A stretch of DNA of 64,000 bases from Octopus vulgaris (taxonomy: Eukaryota). Where the stretch lies: positions 64,418,001-64,482,000 of the forward strand of contig OX597830.1 in the NCBI GenBank assembly GCA_951406725.2, given 5' to 3'. A model generated the notes under the pieces. It did no database searches. It was given only the letters and a program-made list of their open reading frames with translations, and was not told where the DNA came from. A program made the position numbers and the translations under genes. Of the stretch, positions 1 to 14,955 are shown piece after piece. How positions within the stretch are numbered: the stretch's first letter is position 1; every line of letters begins with the position of its first letter.

Positions 1-72
1 TATATATATGATTGTATTGGTATGCGTGCCTATTTAATACACTTTGGTATTTGTGTGTATTGTGTATGTTTA

Positions 73-148
<76 letters not shown>

Positions 149-609
149 CATACATACATAATACATATATATATACATACATACATACATACATACATAA
201 TACATATAAAAATGCGTGTGTGTGTATGTATATATATGTTTGTATGAGTGCGTGTGTGTGTGCACGCGCGCGTGCATACCCTTATACGTATTTATAGACA
301 CACATACCGAAACATATGCTTATCCACGAAAACACATACATACATTCGTATATACATATATATATACACACAATACGTACATGCATATAAATATATATAT
401 ATGCATATATACATATACATACATATTATACACACCTACAAATATAAGCTGTGTGTGTGTCTAAACGATGGGAACAGAGACAGATGGCACCTAGAGACAA
501 GACAAGGTCATATAAGTAAAGGATAACACAAGCGAAAAGGCAAGAGAAACAAATCACAAAGAAAAGAGAAAAAAAACTGATGAAAACAAACAAAAACAAT
601 TGAAGTCTG

Positions 610-705
610 AAAGCACTGGCAGCCATCTTTGATGTGGCAGATTTTTCCTTTGATTGGTGGCGCCGCCACTCGTGTATTTCATAAACTACCACGACACGTG
701 GTGAA
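610..705. promoter_or_regulatory. Possible promoter-like motif cluster (YY1-like, CCAAT, E-box)
   Basis: GCAGCCATCTTT (YY1-like), GATTGG (CCAAT on minus), GGCGCC and CACGTG within 90 bp of unique sequence; no transcript evidence. Confidence 0.25.
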
Positions 706-825
706 AGACCAGATGTCAAAACAGATTCGGTGTCAAATCGAACCATATGGAAGAAGACTGGCAGAATATATTCTGTGTTTCCTGGTGTTTTAAGGATGGT
801 GAGGCGCGTTGTGGGTGGGTGCGTG

Positions 826-1491
826 GTGGTGGTGGTGGTGGTGGTGGTGGTGATTAATTTGATGGTGGTGGTTCTTGTGTTATACGTGTTGGTGCTCAGT
901 GGGGTGGTGTTGGTGGTGGTGGTAGTGGTAGTGGTGGTGGTGATGGTAGTGGTGGTGGTGGTGGTGGTGGTGGTGGTTGCAGTTGTGGTGATATTGGTGT
1001 TATGTGTGTTGTTATTGTTGGTGGTGGTTTCAGAGCTATATTGATTGTTGTGGTTGTGGTGGTAGTGGTGGTAATCGCTTTAGGGCAACGTGTGGTTGTG
1101 TGTGTTGTGATGATGATGATGACGATGATGATAAGCATCATGAAGATATTGATGCGAATGGTGATGAGGATGATGATGATGATGATGATAACGAAGTTGA
1201 TGATTACGATGATCATAAGGAACATAATGGTGATGGTAACGACTACAACAACGACGACGATGATGATGATGGTTATGGTAACGATGATGGTAACGATGAT
1301 GATGACGAGGGTGGCGATGAAGAAGATATGATGACGATAACGAAGAGGATAAGGATGATGATGATGATGATGATGATTATGACGACGATGATGAAGAAGA
1401 CGGTGATGGTGACGAATACGATAACATAGATGATCATAATTATGATGATGATGACGAGAATGGCGATGAAGATATGATGATAATAACGAAG

Positions 1492-1540
<49 letters not shown>

Positions 1541-1690
1541 CGACGTCGACGACGATGACGACGACGTCGACGACGATGACGACGACGTCGACGACGACGA
1601 CGACGATGAAGACGGAGATGACGACGATAACGAAGACGACGATGATGATGATGTCGACTATGATGATAACGATGATGGTGATAAAGAGAA
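826..1690. repeat. (GGT)n/(GAT)n/(GAC)n low-complexity tract
   Basis: Direct inspection; it produces the poly-V/M/D/H ORFs. Confidence 0.95.
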
Positions 1691-2069
1691 CAGGACAATG
1701 TTTCTTGGCGCTGGAGATGACGTCGTTGTTAATAGTGAAAGTGGCGGTGGTGCTGGGGTGGGGGAGTAATGACAATAACGAATTTGATATAGTTTTAACA
1801 GGAGTGTTAATTAAACGGAGCCGTCATAACAGGCGATGTAAACACTCCTCGCTTGAGTGAGTCAAGCAACGCGTCGGGTCTCCTAAGTTCTCCATTGACA
1901 GCAAACCACAGTAGCCAAAGAGAAGCGTTAGGCCCCTAGAAACGAGGGTTATCCGGGTAACTGCTTACTATGCTCATGCCTTCGAACGGCAATGGTATTG
2001 TCATCAAACATCACGCAAATACGTGACTTTAAAAGATAGGATTGGTTTTACAAGTATGTATGCGCATGT

Positions 2070-2187
<118 letters not shown>

Positions 2188-2346
2188 AGATATATATATC
2201 GTATACACTGACATATACACACGCATATACCTGCTTGTATCTATGAGTGATATATTTCTGTCTATATATATCGACTGGAATCGAAACCACGATCTCGCAA
2301 TAGTGAATGAATGCAATACACTAAACATTAAGCCATGCCATGTACA

Positions 2347-2408
<62 letters not shown>

Positions 2409-2894
2409 CATATATTTATAGACATATATATATATACACACATTTATTTATAGACACACACACACACACACATATATATATATGCATATACAAATATACA
2501 TATATATACACATATATATACATACATATATGTATATGTATATATATCTATATTTATATAAAAACATAAACACACTCATACATACACACAGATACATATA
2601 TATGTATGTATGCTCACTCGCACAAAAAAAAAAAAACAAAACACACACACACACAAACACATGTAAGCGAAACGCACCTGAAGATCCAAAAGCGTTTTGA
2701 GCGTGTGAGATTTTGAGTAATGGAATTGTGAATAATTAAACTGTATACTTCCATATAGATACTCCTACACAACGTATTGAGTGCTTCTTTATTCTTTATT
2801 TTATAGAAGTAAACCAAACCACTTCTCTTTTCCTACATCCCACTAAGACTCTGTCTCTCATTCGCTACCTATGTACATTTATCTGTATATATGG

Positions 2895-2966
<72 letters not shown>

Positions 2967-3172
2967 TACATAACATAAAAATATACACACGTGGCATATA
3001 TACATATAAACAATACACATACAGGAATGTACCAATCACTTTTGTTGTACAGATTAGTCACGTTGATAACGTGTCAGTGTAGATAATGTGTCTCATTGTC
3101 TCTCTCTCTGTTTGCATGTGTGTTTGTATGTGTGTATGTATTTATGTATGTATTTATGTATGTATGCATGTA

Positions 3173-3268
<96 letters not shown>

Positions 3269-3364
3269 AATGTGCGTATGCCTGTCTGTGTGTTTGAACT
3301 TACAAAACCAAAACATATACGGAAGTTTCGGACGAAACACAACTTCCTGGCTACGTACGTATAA

Positions 3365-3410
<46 letters not shown>

Positions 3411-3922
3411 CACACACACACACACACGCACGCACACACTTCCCTATATAACATACATGCTTACATATATACCCACAGAAATTAGAGGGTAAATTCATTT
3501 TAACAATTGCGAGCACTTTCGGTCGAAGCCTTAACTTAGGACTCTGGCTGCGGTTAATTGATTGGGTGTGAAATATGCGAATCCGTTTCCTTTGATGTTA
3601 CTTTGAAAACCCAAGTCAGTTCCAGAATTTTGTGCAAATCCCGTAATACATAGCCCCGTATACCTATCATGATACAAACATATGAACATCTATTCACAAG
3701 ATACTCAAACTATAAATTTCCGCTGTATTTCATTCTATATAGACATTGTATAGCTAGAGTGTGTGCCACCCGGGCCGAGACTTCGGTTTACCGACCCACC
3801 CCCGGGCCCACACGAAAAGTACTTTTCTTATAGCAGACCCAAAAGTGGTGCTGCGTTCAATCATATAATATAAATAATATATATAAATATATATGTAAAT
3901 ATATGTGTATATCTACATATAA

Positions 3923-3986
<64 letters not shown>

Positions 3987-4579
3987 TTCTTTATTACCCA
4001 CAAGGGGCTAAACATAGAGGGGACAAACAAGAACAGACATAGGTATTAAGTCGATTACATCGACACCAGTGCGTAACTGGTACTTAATTTATCGACCCCG
4101 AAAGGATGAAAGGCAAAGTCGACCTCGGCGGAATTTGAACTCCCAACGTAACGACAGACGAAATACCGGTAAGCATTTCGCCCGGCATGCTAACGATTCT
4201 GCCAACTTGCCGCATTTTATAGCTAAGCAATGGGGATGTATACAAACCAACACCGGTTACCTGCTTTGTAGGAGGACATCTAGGTACTTATTTTATCGTT
4301 AGCTTTTGCGGAACCTCGAGATTAAGGGGACGTAAATACAAGAACAGTGGTGGTCAAGCGGTGGGGATACAGACACAAAGCCATAAATACATACATACAC
4401 ACACACGTGCATATGACGGGTTCCTTTCAGTTTCTGTCCACAAAATCATAAGGTTTCAGTCGGCCCGAAACTATAGTGGAAGATATTTGCCCAAGGTGGT
4501 ACAGAGTGGGACTGAACCTGGAACCATGTGGTGGGGAAGCAAACTTCTTAACACACAGCTACGCCAATATATATATATG

Positions 4580-4629
<50 letters not shown>

Positions 4630-4632
<3 letters not shown>

Positions 4633-4785
4633 ACGGGAAGCTTTATGAAAATAAACAAAAGACGAAGGCAGGTGGAAAACAAACGAACAATTGTATTAGT
4701 ATGGCGCTCAGGAAATATAAATAAAATTTTCTTTAACGTTTCGAGCCTACGCTCTTCAACAGAAAGATACACAGAGAGAGAAAAA
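4630..4785 (-). mobile_element. Copy of the same Penelope-like repeat, variant hammerhead motif at 4731-4766
   Basis: Minus strand CTTT-CTGTTGA-A-GAGC-gtag-GCTC-GAAACGTT-AAAG, then ttcctgagcgccatactaatac; embedded in TA-rich microsatellite. Confidence 0.7.
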
Positions 4786-4899
4786 CACATACATATATAT
4801 ACACATATATATACACATACATATATATACACATATATATATACATACATATATCTACATATGAATATACATATATACATATATATATACACATATATC

Positions 4900-4943
<44 letters not shown>

Positions 4944-4973
4944 TCTACATATATATATATATCATATATCTAC

Positions 4974-5084
<111 letters not shown>

Positions 5085-5103
5085 TATATACATATATATA
5101 CAC

Positions 5104-5153
<50 letters not shown>

Positions 5154-5648
5154 TTATATATATATATACATATATATATATAGATATAAGAAAAGGGAGA
5201 GAAAAAGAGAGAGAGGGAGGGAGAAAGAGCATGAGAGAAAGAGAGAGGAAAAGAGGGAGGGAAAAAGAGAAGCCGTGTGGACCCCTTATAGCTACATCAG
5301 ACTTTAAACTAACTAACCCCATTTCATTTCATCAATTCTATAACCCTGTCTCGGAGGTTTGGTTTACACTAAGTACTAGATATAGTTGGGTGGATATAGT
5401 TTCAGGGTTCATGAAAAATATGGGAATAGGTGAGGGTGAGTGGACGAGTGTGCTTGCGTGTGTGTGTGTGTGAAAGTGTATGTTGTGTGTGTATGTAAGT
5501 ATGTGTGTATGTGTGCGTAAGCAGGTACACAGTAGTATATGTCTATGTGGACATGCGCCGATGTCTTTGCTGTATTCATGTATAATTGGGCTTATCTATG
5601 TATATATGTATGTATGTAAGTATGTATGTTTGTATGTATGTATGTATG

Positions 5649-5694
<46 letters not shown>

Positions 5695-6306
5695 CCTATC
5701 TGTATGTATGTATATATATATATAATATAAATAATATATAAATATATGCATATAAACATATATGTACATACCTACATATATATGTATATATACATGCATA
5801 TATGGGTAGAGGACATAAAAAAAAAGCGTTACACACAATGAGAAACGAAAGCATGAAAGCGAAACCAGAAAACGAACTATTTTTCGAACAACGAAAAAAC
5901 AACAATAGAGAAACGAGACATGCAACATAAAGAATATTCCCCTTCATCAGTTGTCCCTGTTTCATCTACTCCCCGTTTCGATATAGATCCCTGTGTCTAG
6001 CGTACATTTATGTATCGATTCAACAATGTAATATCTACCCTCCTCCTCCTCCTCATCATCATCATCAACATCATCTTTATACATGTATGTATGCATTCCC
6101 GTATGTTCACACGCACACACACACATTCACGCACACACACATACATATGTATGTATATAATATGTATGCATACGTACTCATATACATGTGTAAATAATAC
6201 ACATGTATACACACGCATATGCATGTGTATATATATATATATATATACCTTGGACAAGTATCTTCTACTATAGTCTCGGGCGGACCAACTAAACTAAAAA
6301 AGCCCG

Positions 6307-6369
<63 letters not shown>

Positions 6370-6864
6370 TTGTGTTTGTACACCCCACCATCGTTTGACA
6401 ACCAATGCTGGTGTGTTTACGTACCCGTAACTTAGCGGTTCGGCAAAAGAGTCCGATAGAATAAGTTCTAGGCTCACAAAGAATAAGTCCTGGCGTCAGT
6501 TTGTTCGACTAACGCAAAATACCCAGCCTGGTGCACGCTAATTTTTACGAGCAGACCGTTCAGTTGATTGGCTGAATGGAACACTTCATCATCATCATTG
6601 TTCGACCGTGGTCGAGACTATCATAGTCTTTTCAAATGGCTAATAATGTGTGCGCGCGCCACTACTACACACATTGGAAAGCATTGTACAACCAAGTACT
6701 AAAGAAGATCTTTCCTCCTCCATGTAACAAAGCTGTTCCCGCTGGATGTCAACCCAGTATTTCTAAGCTACGGACCCAGTGATTTATTGTAAGGTTATCT
6801 CCATAGCAGATTGCCTTCACTACGGCTAAGGAGCCCTTTCTACCCCATATTAAAAATACCTTAA

Positions 6865-7085
6865 CCCTTTCGTTATTGTATTTCTGTTGAGATGCTCTGT
6901 GTTTCTTTCAATTACTTTAAATATAACAAAGAATTTAGTAAAATAACTAAGTTATCATTCAGCTAGTGTTAGGAACATAACTTGCGACTTAAGGTTTCGT
7001 GGAATATTTTAATTCAAAACTTATGAAAACAAGACATTTGTACTCAGAGCCAGAGGTGGTTTCAGCTGGGTTGGTATCAAAAGGG
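6865..7085. mobile_element. piggyBac-type MITE, copy 1
   Basis: TTAA|CCCTTT...AAAGGG|TTAA termini with TTAA target duplication. Confidence 0.85.
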
Positions 7086-7105
7086 TTAAATTAATCATTT
7101 GTTAA

Positions 7106-7327
7106 CCCTTTTGTTACCATATTTCTGTTGAGATGCTCTGTGTTTCTTTCAATTACTTTAAATATAAACAAAGAATTCAGTAAAATAACTTAGTTATCAT
7201 TCAGCTAGTGTTAGGAACATAAATTATGACTAAGGTTTGGTGGAAGATTTTATTTCAGAACTTATGAAAACAAGACATTTGTACTATAGAGCCAGAGGCA
7301 GTTTCAGTCGGGTTAGTAATGAAAGAG
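7106..7327. mobile_element. piggyBac-type MITE, copy 2 (tandem, same orientation)
   Basis: TTAA|CCCTTT...AAAGAG|TTAA; internally collinear with copy 1. Confidence 0.85.
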
Positions 7328-8691
7328 TTAAGTTATTTCAACAGGGTGGAGATAGTCATATAGATTGTTGATAGGGTGTTTCCACAGTTAGTCTTTCCCA
7401 TGTGTATACATATGTGGTTATATAAGATAAATTTTTTTCAAAGAACTAATTTTGATATTAAGTGTTACTCGTTAATATGAAAACACAGAATAGTTAATTA
7501 ATATTTTTAGAGAGATTGATTTCCCGCAGATATCTCGGTAATATGGTTGGTGTCTTGTATGAAAGCGTTTGTGTGGAAGTACATAAGTTACATCTTTCAG
7601 AGAATGATTTCCCACGAAGAGATGGCCATGAGGCATTTGCTTTGCAACCACATGGTTTGGGGGCAGAGTCCCATTAACAGCACCCTAGGCAATTGCCTTC
7701 TGTTCCTAGGCTGACCAATGCCTTGTGGGTAAATTTGTATGAATGTGTTTGACCTCGCTAGCGCTGGGCCCATGTCAAAAGCACCCAGTACACTTTGTAA
7801 AGTGGTTGCTATTAGGAAGGGCCTCCAGCAATAGAAACCATGCCATAGCAGACAGTAGAGCTGGGTGCAATCCCCTGGCTTGCATGTCAAAAACCGTTCA
7901 ACACATGCCAGCATGGAAAACAGATGTTGAATGAGGATGATGGTCAGTCACAACACTTACCGTCGCAACTGACGGAGTACCATTTAGCGGAAAATATGTC
8001 AGCGCAAAGTCCTACCAACAAAATGCACATAGAGTCTCATTCTTTTCAAATATGTAATATATTTTCCTAGCAATTATAAATCAAAAACTCCCTCTAGCGA
8101 ATATTTGAAATCTAAAAAAAAGAAAAAAACAATCAACGAAGAAGAATATGATCGTATATAATTAAGATAATTACTAACAAGCGAAAATTTATCTTTGCCA
8201 GCAGAAGCACAAATCCATTGACGTGATCAAACACCGCCTCTTACCACTCCCTTCATCTCATTCGCCGCAACACATCATCCTATTGTCCTCTCTCCCTCAT
8301 CCGCCTCCCCTCCACACACCTCTTTTTCTTCGTCCATGTTCACCTCTCTTACCCGTTCTTACCAAAGAAGACCATTCACTGACCTACTCCATCATGCACC
8401 ACTGCAACAACCAAAAACATCCACAGCCACCATCGTCGCCATTATTCCACCACCCGGAACTAATGCTTTTTTTTTGTTTGTCTGTTTGTTTGTTTGTCTG
8501 TTTTAATTTTTGTCTCTTGTTTGTTTCTCCCCCATCCCCACCCCCCACCCCGAATAGTCATGGCACGTGTCATGCTTCTTATTTAGTTTAAGAAGCGGTG
8601 ATAGACTTCAGTGGTGGCGGTCGTAGTCAGGTTTCTTCTTCATCAAACCAGGCCTCCTAGTTTACACTGTACAGATATACATACATATATG

Positions 8692-8765
<74 letters not shown>

Positions 8766-9034
8766 TATATATATAGTAGCTGCTTTCTCGCATACGAGTA
8801 AAGCCATTGCTAGAAAGAATCACTGAAAAGAGTCATTGATGATGCAATGTAAGATGCTTGTATGACTCTTGAGTCCGGCCAAAGATTTGCTCATTCCATT
8901 GCATAATGCACATCTGTGCTGGCTGGCAGAAGAGCCAAGTGCTACAGTATGAAGTTGTTTGACATGCTTTTTCAGTCCTCCAACTGAAAGCACACCTTAC
9001 CACGGGTTGCACATGTTCTTTTGTGAACAATTGT

Positions 9035-9378
9035 TGTGACCCCCTTCGGTCAGGCACTGACCATGGGTTTGCACCTAGAGAGTTACCCTCTGAGGCGCAA
9101 GTCTGGGCAAGGTTGTTTTTTATGGAAGACCAGCAGTCACCCATGCATACCAGCCTCCCCTCTCCACGTCACCGATGTTGTCCAAGGGAAAGGCAAAGGG
9201 GCCGATACAGCTTGGCACCTGTGACGTCGCAACTCATTTCTACAGCTGAGTGAACTGGAGCAACGTGAAATAAAGTGTCTTGCTCAAGAACACAACACGC
9301 AGCCCGGTCCGGGATTCGAGCTCACAACCTCACGATCGTAAGCTCGACGCTCTAACCACTGAGCCACGCGCCTTCACT
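9035..9378 (-). mobile_element. tRNA-derived SINE family D (V-domain-like)
   Basis: Minus strand GAAGGCGCGTGGCTCAGTGGTTAGAGCG..GAGCTCGAATCCC, then TTCTTGAGCAAGACACTT..TGCTCCAGTTCACTCAGCTGTA. Partial copies at 32130-32262(-) and 39575-39685(-). Confidence 0.8.
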
Positions 9379-9544
9379 TGTGAACTATAGCCGTATCATA
9401 ATTTACAAGGGGTTCATTCCTGTGAGTTTCCTGAAGACCTGCATGACTCCAGCATTTCCTCCCACAAATCGGACACATAAAAAGCAACACTCCCTCATTT
9501 TCCACAGGTTCATTCTTTCTAACCCTTGTGCTTCTCTCACCTAA

Positions 9545-9950
9545 TCAACAACTGGAACGCCTCTGAGTCAGAGCAATTCTGAGGCAGTCCTTGAACCTCA
9601 TTTTGAGTTTATATGCTGGTCTCCTACCATATTCCAATTCACCATTCAAAAGTTGCTTACGAAGTCTTTCATCATTCATTCCCACCAGATTCCCGCACCA
9701 CCTCAAACGACTTAGCAGAAACATAGATTCTACACTCCTACTATCAGTTCTCTCAAGTACCTCCATATCACTGATTGCCATTTTTCAATTCATCCCAAGA
9801 ATTTTCCAAAGACAATATTGATAATAGACGATATTGATAATAGACGATATTGATGCCTTAAATGTCAACGATAAACAACGCATGTCTCACCTCCAGAGAG
9901 CGACGATGGCAGAACATATGTGCTATAAGACCTAACTTTAATTTAGAAAG
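9545..9950 (-). mobile_element. RTE-clade LINE 3' fragment (degenerate)
   Basis: ISDMEVLERT..SVESM...RLRWCGNLVGMNDERLRKQLLNGELEYGRRP..KLKMRFKDCLR is the typical post-RT region of RTE elements; an upstream VLPS..GET remnant is present with stops. Confidence 0.85.
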
Positions 9951-10009
9951 ATATTCTATATATACATAAATATAAACGCATACACAGGCACACAGACACA
10001 CACACACAC

Positions 10010-10107
<98 letters not shown>

Positions 10108-10124
10108 TATATATATTATATATT

Positions 10125-10445
10125 TGTGTTAGGACTCCTCTGTGTTGGGGGTCATCTTTACCTTGTTACCTCCCCTACTTTCCCTCTCCTGTCTGACCTC
10201 TCTGTCCGGCACTAGTCGCCATGATAGATCGTTAGCCACTTTTTCTCTCCTTGATTTTTTCTCTCCTTGTTTTTTTCTCTCCTTGATTTTTTCTCTCCTT
10301 GTTTTTTTCTGTGTACCTTTCTGTAGAAGAGCGTAGGCTCGAAACGTAAAAGACATTTTCTATTCCTGAGCGTTATACTAATACATCTGTTTGTTTTGTA
10401 CACCACTTGTCTTCGTCTTTTGTTTTTTTTTTCGTAAACTTTCCC

Positions 10446-10450
<5 letters not shown>
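10125..10450 (+). mobile_element. Short Penelope-like non-autonomous repeat in a (TA)n tract, with a variant hammerhead motif at 10317-10352
   Basis: CTTT-CTGTAGA-A-GAGC-gtag-GCTC-GAAACGTA-AAAG followed by ttcctgagcg..tactaataca..tgtttg; homologous to 4630-4785 (-) and 54440-54645 (+); (TA)n on both sides. Confidence 0.7.
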
Positions 10451-10491
<41 letters not shown>

Positions 10492-11135
10492 ACTCGATCG
10501 TCTGAAACGTACATAATAAATACATTCAAAATATCAATACTTGGTTTCACTTAATCTTATAAGGTGTATAGTGAAAAAGGATCATACCTGGAGGGTTACG
10601 CATTGGTATTTCAACAGCAACTGGAACGAGAAAAGAAGACACTGAAATTTTGTCACATCTGATCTTCGAAGGAAATATTACTTTTGTTCTGTGTTGTATA
10701 CGCACGCACATACATACACATATGCGAACACAGACACAAACACACAAATACGTATATATTAGCGTGTAGTAAGTACACAAATAGAAACGCACGCACACAC
10801 ACACACATTGATGATAGAAATAAACAATTCACAAATATAGTGAGGTTATTTTTGACTGATTTAGCAAATTGCTCGATAAAAATGTGAACGTTCCAGTGCA
10901 GAGTAATAAAGAACATTAGACAATACAATTATATTATAATATAATATAATATAATATAATATAATATAATATATTATAACATAATTATATTGTAATATAT
11001 TATACTAAAAGCTATTACAGTATATAAAAATGGTTGAGGTGAAATTATTAATGACAATAATAGCAACGTATATTTTGAAATAAATGTACGCACACACACA
11101 CATATATATATATACACACATGTATACATAAATAC

Positions 11136-11214
<79 letters not shown>

Positions 11215-11419
11215 ATTATATGTGTATATTTGAATATATATTTCTTTTTTGTTTGTGTATATATGTATATATACGTAAATATGTATATATATATATATGT
11301 ATGAATATATATATATACACATACATACAAACATATATATATATTTATATATACACACACACATACACACACACATACACACACAGCAATACACATGTGT
11401 ATGCGCATATATTGGATGT

Positions 11420-11460
<41 letters not shown>

Positions 11461-12392
11461 GCTACGCACTCATACACACCACTATATAGACGTAAATAAA
11501 ACAGCAAATTTTTCAATCCACGCCATCTTCCAAAGAAAGTAGTTCGGGAGATAGGTAGATAGATGGGTAAATAGGCATATAGGTATGTAGGGAGATACGG
11601 AGGCAGGCAGGTAGGTAGGTAGGTAGGTAGATAGGTTGGTAGGTAGGTAGGTAGGTAGGTAGGTAGGTAGGTATGTAGATAGGTAGGCAGACAGGTAGAT
11701 ATGTAGGTAGGTAGGAAGGTAGGTAAGTAGGTAGGAAGGAAGAAAGGAAGGAAGGTAGATTGGGAGGTGGGTAACTCTTTGGCGGTAATGTATGGCTTAG
11801 GTTTTGACACAATCTCCAGATCGGCTAAAAATTCCTGAGTGATCTTACGTAGTCGTGTGATCGTAAATATCTGTTGAAACACCTTAACACCTGCTTGAAG
11901 CCAGTACCTGGAGTCAATGAACGAGGTTGCTACGCACGCATATGTACACGCATACACACGTACACATACACCCACACATAAACACACAGACACATACACA
12001 TACAAAATGTGTGCCAGTATAAATGTCTGCTGATAGATATAAACGCACACACATACATATGTATTGATGCATAAATTTACACACACACACACATATATAT
12101 ATATATACACGTTTATAGATATATATATATATATGTACATACATACATACGTATACATGTATATATATATAATATATATACATTATGTATATATATATAT
12201 ATATATACATATATATACATACATACCTATACATGTATATATATACATACATACCTATACATGTATATATATAATATATATACATTATGTATATATATAT
12301 ATATATACATACATTATGTATGTATATATATATACATACATTATGTATGTATATATATCTATACATTATGTATATATATATGTGTGTGTGTG

Positions 12393-12432
<40 letters not shown>

Positions 12433-12872
12433 AGAGAGAGAGAGAGAGAGAGAGAGGGGGAGAGATTTACACATACACATACGTACTTATATACATCGCC
12501 ATAGTAACATGGTGAAGGAATCCCTTTAAAATGTAACACTAAAAGCCAGTACTTCTCACAATTAACAGCGCACTTTCTGCGATGTTGTTATAATTAATGC
12601 GCTGCCAACGTCTTCCATAACCTCACTATATAGTTGTTGTGTGATGAGCAGTGTGTGTCTGTTAGCACCATCTGCTTCTGATAAAGTGCTATGATGTAAC
12701 ACAAGGGCCAGCTATCGGGTGTGAATCGAGAGAGAAAGAGAGAGAGAGAGAGGGGGGGTGAGAGAGAGTGGGTGAGAGAGAAAGAAAGGCGACGATAGAA
12801 AGAGGATGAGAGGGTTATTCATATATCTGAGTGTATATATACACGCATATATGTATATATATATATACACAC

Positions 12873-12965
<93 letters not shown>

Positions 12966-13027
12966 CGTATATATATATATATATACATACGTATATATGT
13001 ATATATATATATACATACGTATATATG

Positions 13028-13113
<86 letters not shown>

Positions 13114-13199
13114 CAGAGACAGAGAGACTTAGAGAGACTGATTGGATAATGTAGGTAGTAGCGAGAAGAATGTGAGGGGCGGAGAGTTGTGCATTAGAG

Positions 13200-13276
<77 letters not shown>

Positions 13277-13766
13277 GTGTGTGTGTGTGTGCACACGAAG
13301 TGGATAAGAATATAGACAAACAGATAGAAAGATATTTAGATGGTAATATTTGATGGTTTGAAGGAGAAAAATGGTGTAAAATATTTGACACAAAGATTAA
13401 TAGCCAATGCACACAGATTCAAACACACACCATACACACACACACACACACACACACACAGGCACACATACACGCGCATACATGCGTGCGCGGGCACGCG
13501 TCAGCGTATTTGGATTCAGCGATCATCATCGTATTTCTCGCCGCCATCGTCATCGTCTTCACCGCCATCATAATCCCTACCTCTATATGGATGTGTATAC
13601 GCTTATGATGACGATGACACAGATGCTGCTGATGCCGACTACAACGTCGTTAGATGATGATGACGGACATGATGACGGACACGATGACGACCACGACGAC
13701 GATGACGACCACGACGATGATGACGGTGTTGACGATTTCAATTACGACGACGACGATGTTGAGGGC

Positions 13767-13798
<32 letters not shown>

Positions 13799-14178
13799 GA
13801 AGGATGATAACGAAGAGGAGTAGGAGGAGAAGGAGATGTATACTGCTGATGAAGAAGAGGTGAAGAAGGATGAAACTGTGCGTGAAAAAGCTTTGGAACT
13901 TTCATTCATTCAAAAACATTCTCTCAAATGTTAAAGATCAAGACATTTATATCGTACTTTTTTTTTTTTTTTTACATTTGAATTTAACTTCCAGCAAAAA
14001 AGAGAAAAAAAAAACACATACAAAAAATATAATAAAGCAACAAAAAATAACAAAAGTCCTACCCAGATGGTTATACAAATGCCATGATTTCAATATCGGA
14101 AATAAACACAGTTAGGTCAAACTTGGACATGATTAAACCTTGAGGTTACATCACGAAATTTTGGAGGGCTGTCAGTGG

Positions 14179-14526
14179 AATCGCACGGGCTAGGATCGAT
14201 TACCTTTGGCGCAACGAAGCTTCCTCTCGCGAGTGCGCCCTCTTAACTGTCGATGAGACCAGGTGAATACTGGCTGTGATGGAAACGGGTAAATAAGATT
14301 CAGGTTTCGAAATCCAGTGAGGAAGCATGCGAAATGTCCACAATATCCGAGGAAGGCTGTAGGCAGGGCAAGTTACCCACTCCCAGCACTGGGAGGTAGT
14401 GACGAAAAATAACGACGCGGGACTCAGTCGAGGTTCCGCAATCGGAATGAGTACACTTCAAATCCGTTAACGAGGATCGACCGGAGGGCACGACTGGTGC
14501 CAGCAGCCGTAGCAACTCAAGCTCCG
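14179..14526 (+). pseudogene. Decayed 18S rRNA fragment (about 350 nt from the 5' third of SSU rRNA)
   Basis: Collinear SSU motifs: aactgtcgatg, ccgaggaaggc, ttacccactccc..gggaggtagtgacgaaaaataac, ggaatgagtacactt.aaatcc.ttaacgaggatc, ggagggca.g.ctggtgccagcagccg. Many substitutions fall in normally invariant positions, and no other rDNA flanks it. Confidence 0.9.
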
Positions 14527-14647
14527 TAATTATTGCAAACAGTTACGTTCATCGTGATTCATTTTTGTTACACAACGTTGTTTTATACTTTAGGAATCAC
14601 TGCAGAAGACGATCGTTAGATCTGTTCATGGCTCGGATAGATAAATA

Positions 14648-14955
14648 TACATTATTTACATTTAACGGTTATTTGTCCTCATCTTGTTTCTTGTTAACAC
14701 AACGTTTCTCCTGATATACCCTCCAGCCTTCATCAGGTGTCTTGGGGAAATTTTGAACCTGGGTGCTCATTCCTAAGTTATTTTTCGATGTTATTATTAT
14801 TATTTTTATTATTTAGGTCATTGACTGGAATCGAACTCGGAATCTTGGGGTTAGTAGCCCGCGTCCTTAACCACTACACCATATGCCCGTGGGCGTACTG
14901 GTTAAGGGCGCGGGCTACTAACCCCAAGATTCCGAGTTCGATTTCAGGCAGTGAT

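Noticed and set aside
5935-5982. CTGATGA and GAAAC on the minus strand as a hammerhead
   Set aside because: The order and stems do not assemble into any hammerhead topology; probably a PLE-related remnant.
11775-11935. Protein-like stretch in the 394-aa minus ORF
   Set aside because: No recognisable motif or consistent splice pair; the rest of the ORF is microsatellite.
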